The notes beneath the pieces were generated by a model. It did not search any database. It was not told the origin of the DNA and saw only the letters and a list, made by a program, of their open reading frames with translations. From Lama guanicoe (taxonomy: Eukaryota), in the NCBI GenBank assembly GCA_013239625.1, contig MU054187.1, positions 7,141,757 to 7,205,756 on the forward strand: a stretch of DNA of 64,000 bases, written 5' to 3'. Below are positions 23,491 through 35,859 of this stretch, piece after piece. The translations under genes were made by a program, and so were the position numbers. Position 1 is the first letter of the stretch. Every line of letters begins with the position of its first letter.

Positions 23491-24599
23491 ACCCTCATAG
23501 AGTTATGTAAAAATGAAAAGCAATTTTTCTCTGTCTCTAGCAAGATTCTTTTCTTGTGCCAATTCCGTTAAAAGTTTCAGATGCCTCATGCATTATCAAA
23601 GATCACTGAATTCAGCTTTTTCATGATCAAAATGCCTATGTTTCCAAATCACCTTGATAGATATTCACAGAAACAATTTATGTATTAATTACAAATCAGA
23701 GTGAATATTTTTTCTTACAACTGTTCTATCCTGGACGAGTATATGCATTTTGCTTCTGACTGAGGGCGAAGAAGTCCATCCAAAATTCATGGTGACCTGA
23801 TTTATGCAGGAAATGGGAAATACCAAGAGCAGGGTCCCCCTTCCTTCCTGGAAGAGCAGGCACGTTGACACCACCATCACCAGTGCTGTGCAGACACCTG
23901 TGGAATTTCTGGGTGGACCCTGGGGGGCAGGGATGCTAAGATGTCTATGTGGACCACAGAGGAAGTGAGCGGGAGCCCGCAGCTGTTGTTCCCCAGCTCC
24001 CTAGCCAGAGGCACGTCTGGACCACCAGGCAAAGGCGTGCTTCTGAGGCAGGACCAGGCTTGCTGGTGGGGCAGGAGGTGACAAGGTGACGCCAGCCTGG
24101 TGGGAGGTTCCCATGGAAGCAGGGGGACCTGCCATCTCCGTCTCCATCCTCGATCTGTTGACACAGTCAGGCCCACCGTGCCTTCTAGTCATAACACATG
24201 GACTCTGATTTTGAATTTGTTTTAAATTAAAAAAGAGAGGATTTATTTGACATTGGTCTTCCTGTTACTTTGTATCTTAGCTTTATTTATTTAAAGTACC
24301 CACCCGCAAAGAATCCATTTCCTGTAATTCTGTTGCAATAATTCTCTGAAGAAGACTGCAAGCATGAGAGGAGGTTTTCACATACCCTTGTGGGGACTGG
24401 GAGAGGAGCTCCCCTTCATAACTGGCCTCTTCCATGCCAGGCAGAGTGCCAGGTCTTTGCCCAGAGGATATGTAACCTCAAGTTCACAGCAGTCTTGTGA
24501 GGCAGCTAAGTAACCTTGATCCCCACTTTACAGCAGCTTAGACAGACTCAGTCACTGTGCAAGGTAGGCTTACTCATGCCCGCTCTGGACTTAGGCCGG

Positions 24600-24795
24600 C
24601 AGGCTTTAACTACTGGCTTTTTAGCTGTGTGACCTCAGACACATGACTTAAACTATTTAAGCCTCAGTTTCTTCATCTGCTAAATGGGAGTGATAATCAC
24701 ATCACATAGGCATACTATGATGATTAAATTAGATGCCCAGATAAAGTATTGAAGCATCAGATGCATTGTAATGCTCCTTAAGCTATTACTATTAG
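24600..24795 (+). mobile_element. MIR SINE
   Basis: tagctgtgtgacctcagacacatgacttaaac...gcctcagtttcttcatctgctaaatgggagtgataat...gattaaattagatg. Confidence 0.75.
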
Positions 24796-24904
24796 CATAT
24801 ATTTTCATCATATTGTATATACCAAAAATGCATAACTTGATTAAAATATATGCAATAGTATATATCCATCAATACAGGTAGTTATGTTAGCAACATATAT
24901 TTAT

Positions 24905-25220
24905 TACTGACTTACTAGGTCTCAGGCAACTCACTGTGCTTGTTTCTTTATCTGAAAAATAAGGATAATAGTATTGACTTTGAAGGGCTGTTGTGAAGGC
25001 AATTCGCATTAAATGTTGAGCTGGCTGCAGGGCGTAAAGGAAACTGGAGTTGTCACTAGTAGCTCTATTCAGTACCTCACTTTGTCCTATCACAGCCCTC
25101 TGAAACTGGATTACGGTCACCCCCATGTTACAGACAAGAGTTGGAATAAATTGTTCAAGTGCACACAGCTCGTGTTTGGGCTGGGATTCAAGTCCAGGTC
25201 TGTCTGAGATTAAAGCCAGG
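24905..25220. mobile_element. Two MIR fragments in opposite orientation
   Basis: + copy: gtttctttatctgaaaaataaggataatagt...gggctgttgtgaagg. - copy: cccccatgttacagacaagag...cacacagct...gggattcaagtccaggtctgtctga. Confidence 0.6.
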
Positions 25221-28200
25221 AAATTCCATTTCCATCTGCCAGTGGAAGATAACTTTTATCATTTTAGACTTTGTAGTCTCAGTATAGATTCTAAATGCAG
25301 GCTCTACCATATAGGAGATCTCCAAGTGGTCTCTCTACCAGAGAGGAAGGTCTTATTCTTGAGAATAATAAAGAAGCATGTTAGCAGTTATCCTATTAGA
25401 ATATTCCAGGCAGTAGGAAACAGTTGATAATTAACTCTCTCTCGTATCTCTCAAACTTCAGCATCCTCTAGAAACTCGTCAAATGTCCATGTTTTGTAAT
25501 AGTTAATTGTCCATGGTGAGAATGACAAATTGCCTGGAAATACAAGAATACTGAGTCTACAGATACTTTGAGCGTGTCCTCTGGTGTATAAAAGTAACTG
25601 TGAATCACTAAATAATTCTGTTTTGTGTATGAAGACACCAAAATTACTTCCTAAATTTTCAGTTTTATGCCTTCATTCACTTATCCAACACTTGATGGGT
25701 GAAGTGCCTGGGACATACTGGACACTATCCAGGACAATGAAATTTCAGTGCTGAAAAAGACTTAATGAGATCTCTCAGATAAAGCCTACTGTCTGGTATT
25801 AGAGATCCATTAGCCAGCCAACCAACTAGAGATGATCAGATGGTAAGGGACCAGATGACAGCTAGCCATTCAGTAAAGCATTACTTATGATTTGTTCATA
25901 AACCATCATGAGAACATAAAATTTTAAAAAAAATCACATTCTCTTTCCCCAAGGAGCTTGGAGACTAGCTTTAACTGTACTGTGGGACAGTATGAGATGT
26001 GACATAGGGAAAGTGCAGAAAAGGTTACAGTGTGTCTGATATGGAGCTTTCTAGGAGCTCAAAAGGTGAGCCTTCAAGGATGGGCGAGGTTCCACATGCA
26101 GGAAGGGATAAGAAGAAACGATGAGGAAAGGCACCTCCAATAGGGAAGAGTGTGAGCAGAGCAGGAAGGCCACGCGGAGCAAGAGGTCCAAACGGGCTGG
26201 CGGAGAAAGACTGCAGACAACTGGGCAGAGACATGGGAGGACCATGGGTTCATGAGAGCCCAGAGCCCTCGACAGCCAGGGTGGAGACTCAGGACCGTCA
26301 CAGACCACACTTGGCGCCAGCACTGAGAAGGCCTGAGGCAGGAGCCAGAGCTTGCTGACTGGGCGGTGAGGCGCTCTCCTCCTTGAGCGTTCTTGAACCA
26401 GCCCTCCCAGCGTGTCAGGTCTAAGGGGAATTTTACATCAGCCAGGTCCAGCGGGTGCGTTTCCTTAAAAGCATCTTCCATCAGGGAATTCCGTGTCTTT
26501 TGAAGCACCCCCATGGATTCCCAGGTAGGGACATGGCACTTACTCAGGAAAGCCCCAAATTATGGCTTCTCCGCAGCATCTCTCATAGATATTCCCCGTC
26601 CAGATGTAATTTGCCAATCATGGGTCACTTTTTATCATACGCATCCTATGTAGTTGGTACGTATGATCTTTCCCAAGTCATCAGGAGGACACGGAGAGAG
26701 AGAGCTGCCCAAGGTCAGACTCCCACGCAGCATGAGAATGGGTATTATTAACCTTTCATCTGCAATAAGTAGCTGGCTTACTAAGAAATAATGTGTTGGG
26801 GGTGTGCAAAAAGAACTCTTATTTGTCCATAACTGTTCCAGATCTGCTGCTGCTGCCTGCCTTTTCTGCTTGTTCAGCGAGCCCATAATAAAACCAGAGC
26901 TGCAATCCTTAACTTAGTTTTATTCAGTTGTTAAATCAGCCACTTAGAGTTCGTCACATGCAGAGTCTCATAAACATTTTATAACTTTTCTCCCTTCTGC
27001 CCTGCCCGGCTCTCACAAGACTCTCCCCGACTTGTATCACACAGAGATCGGTTTAGGGAGAAGAGGCAGAGACGAGAGGGCTCCTAGTGGACTGCCCGGG
27101 GTGACGTTGCGTTTCCATTTTGGATGCTCACACTGCTGATGTGGCTTGTGCATAGCTTTTGACAAAGATAGATGGTGTGTCACCAGCGGGCCTCACTCCT
27201 CAGCAGCTCCCCCAGGGATGGGACGGGTCAGATGTGGCCACATCTCCTGACCAGCTGGCGTCTTCCCTTGATCCCTGTGAAATATGTGCAGTCTGTCATC
27301 CCAGTCTCATCCATCACTCATTACCAACCTGAGGCCCACAGGCATGTTCGGGATCCATCTGGCCTTTCAAGAACTGGGAACTCAAGGGTGGTCAAGGGGA
27401 AAGAGGAGGACAGTGGTCTAGGGCTCATCGCTACTGACAGGACCCCCCGTGCTCTCTCTCCCCCGTGTTCTCCTCCCCCTACAGGGAGAGAACTGTCAAT
27501 CTTCAATTCTTATAGGCACAGCCCTCTTTAAAGAGCTAGTTCCTTGGAACATTCCTTCTTCAGTTTGAGGGAAACAAAGTACAGCTTTCCCCATCCTTTC
27601 CAAACTCTGCTGTCCTGAAAAAGGGATCATTTTGTGTCATCTTGTTTATTGGGGTGTGTTGGGGCGGGAGTTCATGAAGGGAGAGATACAAAGTGAGTTC
27701 TGTGGATCCAGCACCTCCCAGCAAAACCAGGTGGGGGACAGCTGGTCCCACAGGTGGCAGTTCTGTGAGAGAAGGATGGAGGACTACCTGTACACAGCTT
27801 TGTTCTCAGGTGTGGATCAGGAAGACAGCATCCTGCTCTGCATGTAACAGCCTCACGTCCCCATGTGCTGGGAAGACTGGCGGCAGCGTGTCAGGCTGCC
27901 GTAAAGGCTCTTACCTCCAGTGACGCTTTCCTTCCAAGCAAGCCGAGATCCGTCCTTAGTAAGATTTATGACAACAGGTGGGAAGGGTTGTTAATATCCC
28001 ATCCATCTGGGGCATATAGAGCTTAAACTTGCTGTAGCTCAAGACAGCAAAGTGGTCTCGTGAAGACTGGGACTCAGGTGAGATCTTCTAGTCAGCCTCT
28101 ATTATCATGCCATTTGGTTTAGAAAAAAATATTAAAAAGTCTTCAGCCCTCATTTTTAGTCACTGACTCGCAAAGTACCTTCCTTTTTATTCAGATTCAT

Positions 28201-28539
28201 TAACTTTCATTTTCATTAACTCACACGTTGAGGAAATTGAACTTCATAAGCTTTCGTTCTTTGCTTCTGAAGCACTTCTTTGGTTCACTCACTTTAGAAA
28301 ATTGATCAATAACAATCGCTTTAAATAAATCACTAGGATTTCCCTCATTCTTTCCTTTTAACAAAGCAAGTTCAACAACATTAATTTTTCTTTGCTTATC
28401 CTTTTAGTTAAGTGGGGAATTCTATTTTTTCTAAGCTTCGTCACTAGTTACAGTCATGGTGGCATTCAAACACATGTCCCAAGAGGTTTAATTGGGCTGT
28501 TGATGGAATCTATATAAAGGATGTCTGCAAAACTGTATA

Positions 28540-28946
28540 CAGGTTTCCTCACTATCCAAAAGAAGTTTCCTACAAACCCTTTCGTAAGCCGAAATGGTGT
28601 AAAGTGAAGAAGCAATGACCTTAGGACAGATGCACAGAATAAATCAAGATGAATTACAGATGCTCACAGACATGGTTCAAAGCCTTGGTGGCTGGATGCT
28701 GGGATGCTGAGTGTGGGTCCCAGGTAGGGATCCTGGAGATGCCACTTCCACTGCTCAGGGTGCCTGCTGCCTCTGTAACGGCTGGGCTCACTGCAACACA
28801 AACACTGAACGCTATTTTTGCTTTTTTTCAATAAAAGTAAAAATCCTCTTCAAGTATCCTCTGGTTAGCGAAAACAGGTACCAACGAAGGTCTTCCACAG
28901 AAGTGAAATAGCATAAGATGAAATTTTGCAAAGCAGGGAACATCTG
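28540..28946. mobile_element. Non-autonomous Tc1/mariner (Tigger-type) DNA transposon
   Basis: TA|CAGGTTTCCTCACTATCCAAAAG ... TTTTGCAAAGCAGGGAACATCTG|TA: imperfect terminal inverted repeats with TA target duplication. No transposase ORF. Confidence 0.75.
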
Positions 28947-29149
28947 TATATGAACAGTTAAGGTCTCTGTCTAGTGAGGTGAGGGAAAAATGACTCATTG
29001 CAACAGTGTGACTGTGAAGTCCTTAGGGAGGAGATGTTCTCAGATGACTGGCTGGTCATTTAAACCAGGCACTTCTTGTCCATATTACAGTCCCACTGCC
29101 TTTCAGCCACTCTCCCAGGCTGCTCCCGGCTCATTTCTAAGCACAGTGG

Positions 29150-29345
29150 CGGCACAGGAGCTGTGCCGTTCCCGCCTGATGAAGCCCTGCGTTAACACGC
29201 CGACTTTACAACCGTAGGCGCCTTTGTTCAGAGCGGCACTCAATCCCGAGTCCTCCCTGCGCAACCCTCCGCCTCCCCTTTCTCCTTCCCGAGGTGTCAG
29301 GCCCACACCGGGGACTGCGAGCTCCCCCGGCCGGTCGCGCTCCCT
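29150..29345. promoter_or_regulatory. Small CpG-rich patch (candidate enhancer or weak promoter)
   Basis: Locally high GC with many retained CpGs (gcgagctcccccggccggtcgcgc, ccctccgcctcccc) in a CpG-depleted background. Not recognised as a repeat. Confidence 0.45.
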
Positions 29346-30809
29346 CTGCACCTTCTCTCTCATGGGCATTTCCCCCATTCAGTCTCTTGTGTTTGAGGGT
29401 TTGCTTCACAAAAGACCCTGGCATGGCAAACTGTACAACGTACAGAGGAAGCATGTTAGTAGAGAAAGGACTAGAGAGAGGCTGTCCACCCCTTCTCCTG
29501 CTCCACCAACCATCACCTCGGGGAGACAGGTGTGATTTTATGTGAGGCTCCAAACCTAGGCTTAAAGACTAGGAGAACTAATAGAAATGAATGGATGAAG
29601 ACAGTCTCTCAAAATAAATGATTTAACCCCATTAACACGTGAATTCCATCATAAGATCACATTTGAACGATTCAGAACACGCACACCATTCTCACTGGAG
29701 GAATGAGTGTGTTTTCGTTTCATCTGGCTAAAAGCACCAGAAAAACGCAGGAATGACAAGTAAGGGGTTAAGAAGAAACATTCAGGCTTTGGTTTGATGA
29801 GTCTTGAGGTTTCAGAACAAATCATCAAGCTCCCTGTTCCACTCTTCTTGTCCCGGCAGGGTTCCTTCCCTTCCCCAGAGTTGTGTCTGCGCTTAGCTGT
29901 GCAGGAGGCGGAGCTCCTGAAAAGCCAAGCCCTGTATCAAGGTGTGTCCCTTTCATCCTGGGGTCACCTGGTGCCTCTCCAGCTAGTATGCCTGCATACC
30001 CCTTCCAGACAATGGTTTTCTCGGTTCTTCTATCTCCCCAGGGTTTTTGGAAACAGGTGTAGTCTCTAGCATCCTCTAGCGCCTCAAAGCCTTTCTGGGG
30101 CAGTTCTGCTTCGGCATGTCTCTACCCATGCAGGAAGCTCAAGGGAATCTCTGTCTGTGAAGCGTCAAGAACCTCACTGATCATTAACTCCTCTGCACTT
30201 TGTTCATCTAATTCTAACTCATCAATCCAGGTTATCTTTTCTCAAACTGGTGGGAGAGCCATGCTCTTTTATTTGTTATTTTTTTTCTTTTCAATCTTTC
30301 TCTCAAATATTTCATCTGTGTCCTGAAGCTTCCCACTTGCCCTGAAGGCTCAGGCTTTCGTAATGGAAAAGCCAAAAGAGAGCCGACTTTGACTGTTGTC
30401 TGTACACCCTTCTCCTGGGGCAACACGCGCAATAGCAACCATCTGCTTTAAAAGGAAAAGAAAAAGAGGGAAATGCCAAAAGGGGGAAGGACCGTATTAT
30501 TCTGCCACTTCAGCATATGGCCAGACAGTAAATTAAAGCTTAGCATTGAGAGGAACATTAGAGGGTTTCCCATTCAACCTCCATTCCCGTCTCCTCTATT
30601 ATATGTTCCTGACAGATGGTCAGGCGGACTCCATAATTCCAGTGACAGATCGTTCGGTTCCTCGTAAGAGCGTGCACTCCAGAACTGTGAGATTTCTTCG
30701 ACAGTCCATCCCTACATTGAATTGGCATCTGTTTTCATTATGGGCAGCAGACAATGGCAGTCATTGTCCAAGCACTAGTGGCCTTGGACATAAATGGACA
30801 AAAATGTTC

Positions 30810-30960
30810 AGCTAAGCTCTGTAAGTGTCCACTTACTCATCTGTAAAATGGAGCTGACAATACCTGTCTGCCAGAATCATAGGGAAGATTAAATGAGATA
30901 AATATACCTAATTGCCTGGTATCGTGTTTGTCATGGTAGATGTTTGCTGAATATTATTTC
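30810..30960 (+). mobile_element. MIR SINE
   Basis: ctcatctgtaaaatggagctgacaatacctg...gggaagattaaatgagataa...tgcctggt. Confidence 0.75.
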
Positions 30961-32539
30961 CATCCATTAATGGTCAAAATTCATTCTTCATTCACTTGTA
31001 AAACATTGATTCAGCATTTACCTTATTTCAAACCATGGAATAGACCCTGCGATACACCAGAGAATAAAATCAGTGTATACCTTGTCTTAAGGAGACATAG
31101 TGTGTCCAGAATAAACAGGGAATTACAAATGCTAGAAGTGCTGTGAAAGAAAACACGAGGCCACTGAGACAGCACATGTAAAGGAAATCATGAAGAGCAA
31201 GCCTGCTTTCTGTTACATGCACACAAACACGCACACACACACACGCCTAATGTCTTATCTTCCCCTACAAAGTCTTCTTATCTCAAGAACAAACATTTCC
31301 ATGCTGTCATCCATTCTTTAGATAAAATGGACATGAGATGGCTTAGTTTTTCCTATTAAAATATGGAATATTGAAAGATCCTTCCTTAAGTTAACTTTAA
31401 GCCTGGTAATAAAGAATGTATATCATTTAAAATCCTTTTCCATGTTTTTAAATCCCTTTAAACGTGCCAAATGACAATGGCAAACGTGCATTCCTTTTAT
31501 AGTTTGCACAGTCTGTGTACCAATTTTTATTTGCTATTCTGTTTGCTTCTCTGTGGAGGATGGAAATACATTTTAACACAAACTATCATTTATTTCCTTG
31601 TGAGAACTTATTTGGAAGTTATTTCTAAGATACCTAGTTAAGATTTCCAAGTCTCTCCTCATCCCTAGACTTGCTGCCGTTGTGAAGGGACCAAAGTGCT
31701 CGCCCATCATCCCTTCTGAGTAGATGCTTGAAATAAGTGCCTCTAGTCTTGCAGGTGTTCTGTCTAGCTGGCTGTGTGTTCCTGACCAGGGAACAAAGCA
31801 CCCAGGGGCAGGTCCCTCCTCCCGCACACACCAGTATTTAAGCCATCAGTCTGATTTCATCTCGCATTGTTCATTTTCTTCTGCTTTTAAGAAGAGTTTA
31901 CACTAGGATATTGTACATTTTGGTTTTTAGGCAGACATGGATTTGACCTCATCAGAAGTTTCCAGAAAATTAATTCAGCCCATTTACCCCATGAATGTCC
32001 ATTCAACAACCGATGTCATACCAATAAACCTGGGTTTAAAACCTCAGTAGATTATATGTTTGTTCTTAAAAGATTCTTTCTCATTCTTTATAAAATGGAC
32101 CTCAGAGAAGCTCACTCTACCTTTATATGAGAAGAACATTATATTAAGGAATGTTCAGATATTCCTGCTAACTCCACCCAGACGCCCAGAATTCCTACAC
32201 CCATATCAGAATTTCCTCTTCTGTATCTTTGTCTCTTTGACCCTGAAATTATATGAATTTGAGTATAAATGTGAGATTTAATCAAAGAGCAGGAAGATTA
32301 AGCCAGGAAAGAGATTTACAAAGCACTGGCTGGGTCTGTACATTTGTGGAAGACAGGAAACATAAATCTCAGGTTCCTCCAGTGATATCAAAGGAAGCTC
32401 CTTGGTGTCGGGTCACCTGACCTCCACACTGAAAAACAATCAAACAAACAAAAAAACAAAAAAAGGGAAAACAGATACTACAAGGTGACAAGGAAGATAA
32501 AGGCACCTTGGCCCTGGTCCCCCCTCCCAACCCCTCCAC

Positions 32540-33300
32540 CCATCACAGCCCCTCTCCCCACCCCTCGCCCCGGCCCGACCCAGCGGGTCTCCTGCGCCAA
32601 GTGGCCCCGTCCTGGCTACACGCATTCGCCGGCAGCTACAACGCCGCCGGGGGCAGAGCCCGACAAGGCAGGCACTTGTCCCTGAAAGAGGGAAGCGATG
32701 TCAGCCTCCCTCTGTGAGGAGATATGGATGTTCTCACTGCCTCCCTTGAAAAGCCTCATTCTCTGAAGTACAAGCCATTATGCCAAGGCAGATGCACCGG
32801 CTGGGACGTTTTCCAAACCCATCACTGCGAAGCAGGAGGTATTCAGCATCGACGCCTCTGCGGAAGTTTCCGTCTCCGCCGGCCGGGCTGGCAGCGCTGA
32901 CGTGTAGACAGGCGTCCAGAAGCTGGGTGGGGAGGGACCCAGGCGCTGGGACAGAGGCTCTCCCAGCCGGTGCAGCGCGCAGAAGGCTCTCCCTGGCAGC
33001 TGCGCGCCCTTCACACAAGCAGAACGTCCCACGGAGGGAGCAGCTGCCTGAGACCGTCTGAGTAAGCGGCACCCGGGAGAGGTGCAAGGGGATGCAGGCG
33101 CCTCGGGGCGCGGCGTGGGCGGCCCGGTGGGGGGCGACTCTCCGCTTGCCCAATGCCTCAGCCGTTTCCCTGAGACTCGGGGGCCTCGCTAGAAACCATG
33201 GAATAAGTTATGAAGATAACGGTTTGTTCCCGCTGTGATGCGGGAGGGCATCACGCACAATCTCTACCGTCGGCAGCACAGGATCAAGGCGTCCGACTCC
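32540..33300. promoter_or_regulatory. CpG island (promoter/enhancer-like)
   Basis: GC- and CpG-rich over ~750 bp, with CpGs trailing to ~33990. Contains ETS CGGAAGT (32861), CRE half-site TGACGT (32898), GCGCGC motifs and a + strand donor-like TGA|GTAAGC at 33061/33062. Confidence 0.75.
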
Positions 33301-33976
33301 CAGAAGCCTTCAAAAACATTCCCATATCTTAGCGTTCCACGGTTTCAAGTGTATTGTTCAGTGTTGTTGGGTTTTTTTTGTTTTTTTTGTTTTGGTTTTG
33401 GTTTTTTTTAATACCAAGTGCTTGAAGCCAAGTAGCTTCTCTGCCTCGCTTTTCGCGAGATCTCCTGCTCCGCGGAAGGGCCTTGTGCACCGAAGCAGGT
33501 GTCCCTGTAGAGGCGAGTCGAGTGAGCCCCGGAGGGGTTTAAGTGCCTCCGCTCCAGAATGCAGCCCCAGAAAGAGCGTGGGATGCGCTCACTCCATTGT
33601 CTCTGACTCTAAGCCTGGTCCAAATGCAGGGCTTCACAACCAAGCAGAGCGGGGAGCCGAGGCTGAGTACAACAGCGCGGGGCTCTCACTGGGGCCACGG
33701 AGGGAAGGGGAACAGAACGCTCTTGGATGCGTTCACCTAGACTTCCAATTGCCTCCAGATTCCAAACCTTTGTTAACTCTAAACATAATTTTAAGACTTT
33801 GCTGTTGGTTGGTTTTTGTGTTTTAGCCAAAGGAGGGAGCAAAAAACATTCGGTGTCTTTGAGAATGTTACATTCTGGCATTCTTAACAAGCCCGTCGGG
33901 CCCTGGGGGTTCTGGGTCCTACCTTCCTGTATCGCCTCCTTGCAGGCCTCTCGCGTCTATGAAAGGGGAGCGACTG

Positions 33977-34910
33977 CAGCTGGTTCTTGAAGGAGGTGAG
34001 GGCTGAGACTGCCGACCCCAGTGCAGATGAAAACCCTCCTGTGTAACTTAACTCCCCCAAAGCTAATTACTGCTAGCCTGCTGTTGACCAGAAGCCTTAC
34101 CTATAACCTGAGCAGCTTATTAATACATGCTTTGTATGTACATATGTATTATGTGCTGTACCCTTGTAACAAAGTAAGCTAGAGAAAAGGAAAGGTTACT
34201 AAGAAAATCGTAAGGAAGAGAAAACACACAGCGTTGTACTGTATTTATACATAAGTTCAGTGCCTACATACTATCGTCTTATATGATACAAAGCACTGGA
34301 GATGTTATACATATTACTAACACTAGGCATCAGAAATAAAAAGATAATGTGAAAAAGAAATTCATATGTATTTACAGTTATAACAATCCATGCATTGATA
34401 TGAAGAAGCAGCGATATGATTGCTTCATGGTAGCCCAGCCTGTACATGAATGAGTGTATCATTATAAAATTTGTACAGTACACAGTATCAAAGTCATCTT
34501 CATGATACAGGATTGGAAACATTATTACTTTTTTAAAAAACCATTTACCTGTGATGATAGGCTGATTCTCCGTTTCTCCAGTTACAAGAGGGAGAGAGGT
34601 GCACTGTATAGTAATGTAATTCTTGGAAAGCAAAATTTTAAAGCAGTAAGAAAACTAACACATTATCAATTTTATGTTAAATATCACTCATAGTGTGCCT
34701 GTGTATGGATAGACTATCTGCATGTATTTTGTGCATTTATGATATATCTTTTTCTTAATTTTTCCATATTTTTAAGCCACACAGTTCATCTGCAAGATTT
34801 TTCAAATTGTCACAGATCTCCAAAAAATGTCCTAGTATATTTATTGAAAAAAAAATTCATGTGTAAGTGGACCCCTACAGTTCAAACTTGTGTTACTCAA
34901 GGGTCAAATA
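33977..34910 (-). mobile_element. Tigger2-family DNA transposon (internally deleted)
   Basis: Ends resemble the Tigger2 TIR CAGTTGACCCTTGAACAAC (cagctggttcttgaa ... ctcaagggtcaaata|ta). Internal match: aaagtaagctagagaaaag...taagaaaatcgtaaggaagagaaaa and gtaagtggaccc...cagttcaaac. Confidence 0.85.
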
Positions 34911-34997
34911 TACTGTGCTTTTGGTTTTTATTTTGTTTTCTTAGCAAGATTCATCAAGGCAGGGTTCATGGAACTGATGAGACATGAGCTAGATCAC

Positions 34998-35515
34998 TGT
35001 ATCAGTTAGCTCTTGCTGCATAACAAATCATATTAAAACAGTGGCATAAAGTAATAAACATTTGTTATTGCTCATGAGTCTAAAGGTCAGCCTCAGGGCC
35101 TCTGGCTCAGTTGGAAATATTCATGCATCTGTGATCAGCTCGGGTCAGGCAGGCAGCTCCACTCGTCTTGGCTGAGTTCTCTAACATGTTCCTGGTCTGC
35201 GCTGTTGGTCACTGGCCTGGGATGGACTTGACTCTTCTTTGTATGGTCTGATATCTTCCAGCAGATCATCCTAGGCTTTTTGTTGAGTCACGGCAGGGTT
35301 CCAAGAGAGAAAATGAAAATTCTCAAGGCCGCTTGAAACCTACGCTCAGAACTGGAATACATCACATGACTCATTCCATTGGCCAGAGCAGGTCCAGAAG
35401 CCAGTGCAGATTCAAGAGCTGAAGAGACAGACTCCACCTCTTGATAGAAGGCTCCTCAAAGTCATATTGCAGGGAGCTTAGATACAGGGACCATTTTTTC
35501 AGTCAAATCACCTCA
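34998..35515 (-). mobile_element. MaLR LTR (MLT1H-like)
   Basis: tgtatcagttagctcttgctgcataacaaatca...cattccattggccagagca...cagattcaaga...gacagactccacctcttgatagaagg. Confidence 0.8.
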
Positions 35516-35859
35516 AACTTCAAGGATAAGTAGGAGCCCAACTGGCAAAGATAACATGTAAGAAGCTTCCAAGTGTTAAGAGCAATATGAGAAAAGCATA
35601 AAACCTATTCCATAAAGGTCAAAGAGCACTGCTATCAGAACAAAGATTTTGTATTTACAAGCACAGATGAACGCTGGGAGTTTATGCGAAAGAGGATTAG
35701 AAATGAGATTTGGGATGGGTTTCCATTCCACACTGAGAAGTAGAGGTTTGTTCTGTGATCAGTCGAAGGCACAATGAGTTATAGCAGAGGGTGCTTGTTT
35801 ACAGACATTAGCGCTGATTGCCATTTATTTGTTCCTAAAATTCTCTTTTCCTGTGGGTT

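Noticed and set aside
33270..33280. tcggcagcaca, matching part of the U6 snRNA 5' region
   Set aside because: Only ~11 nt match, and the flanks do not continue the U6 sequence.
32734..33826. Several 84-144 aa ORFs over the CpG island
   Set aside because: Stop-codon scarcity in GC-rich DNA explains them. The Arg/Pro/Ala-rich translations resemble no protein I know.
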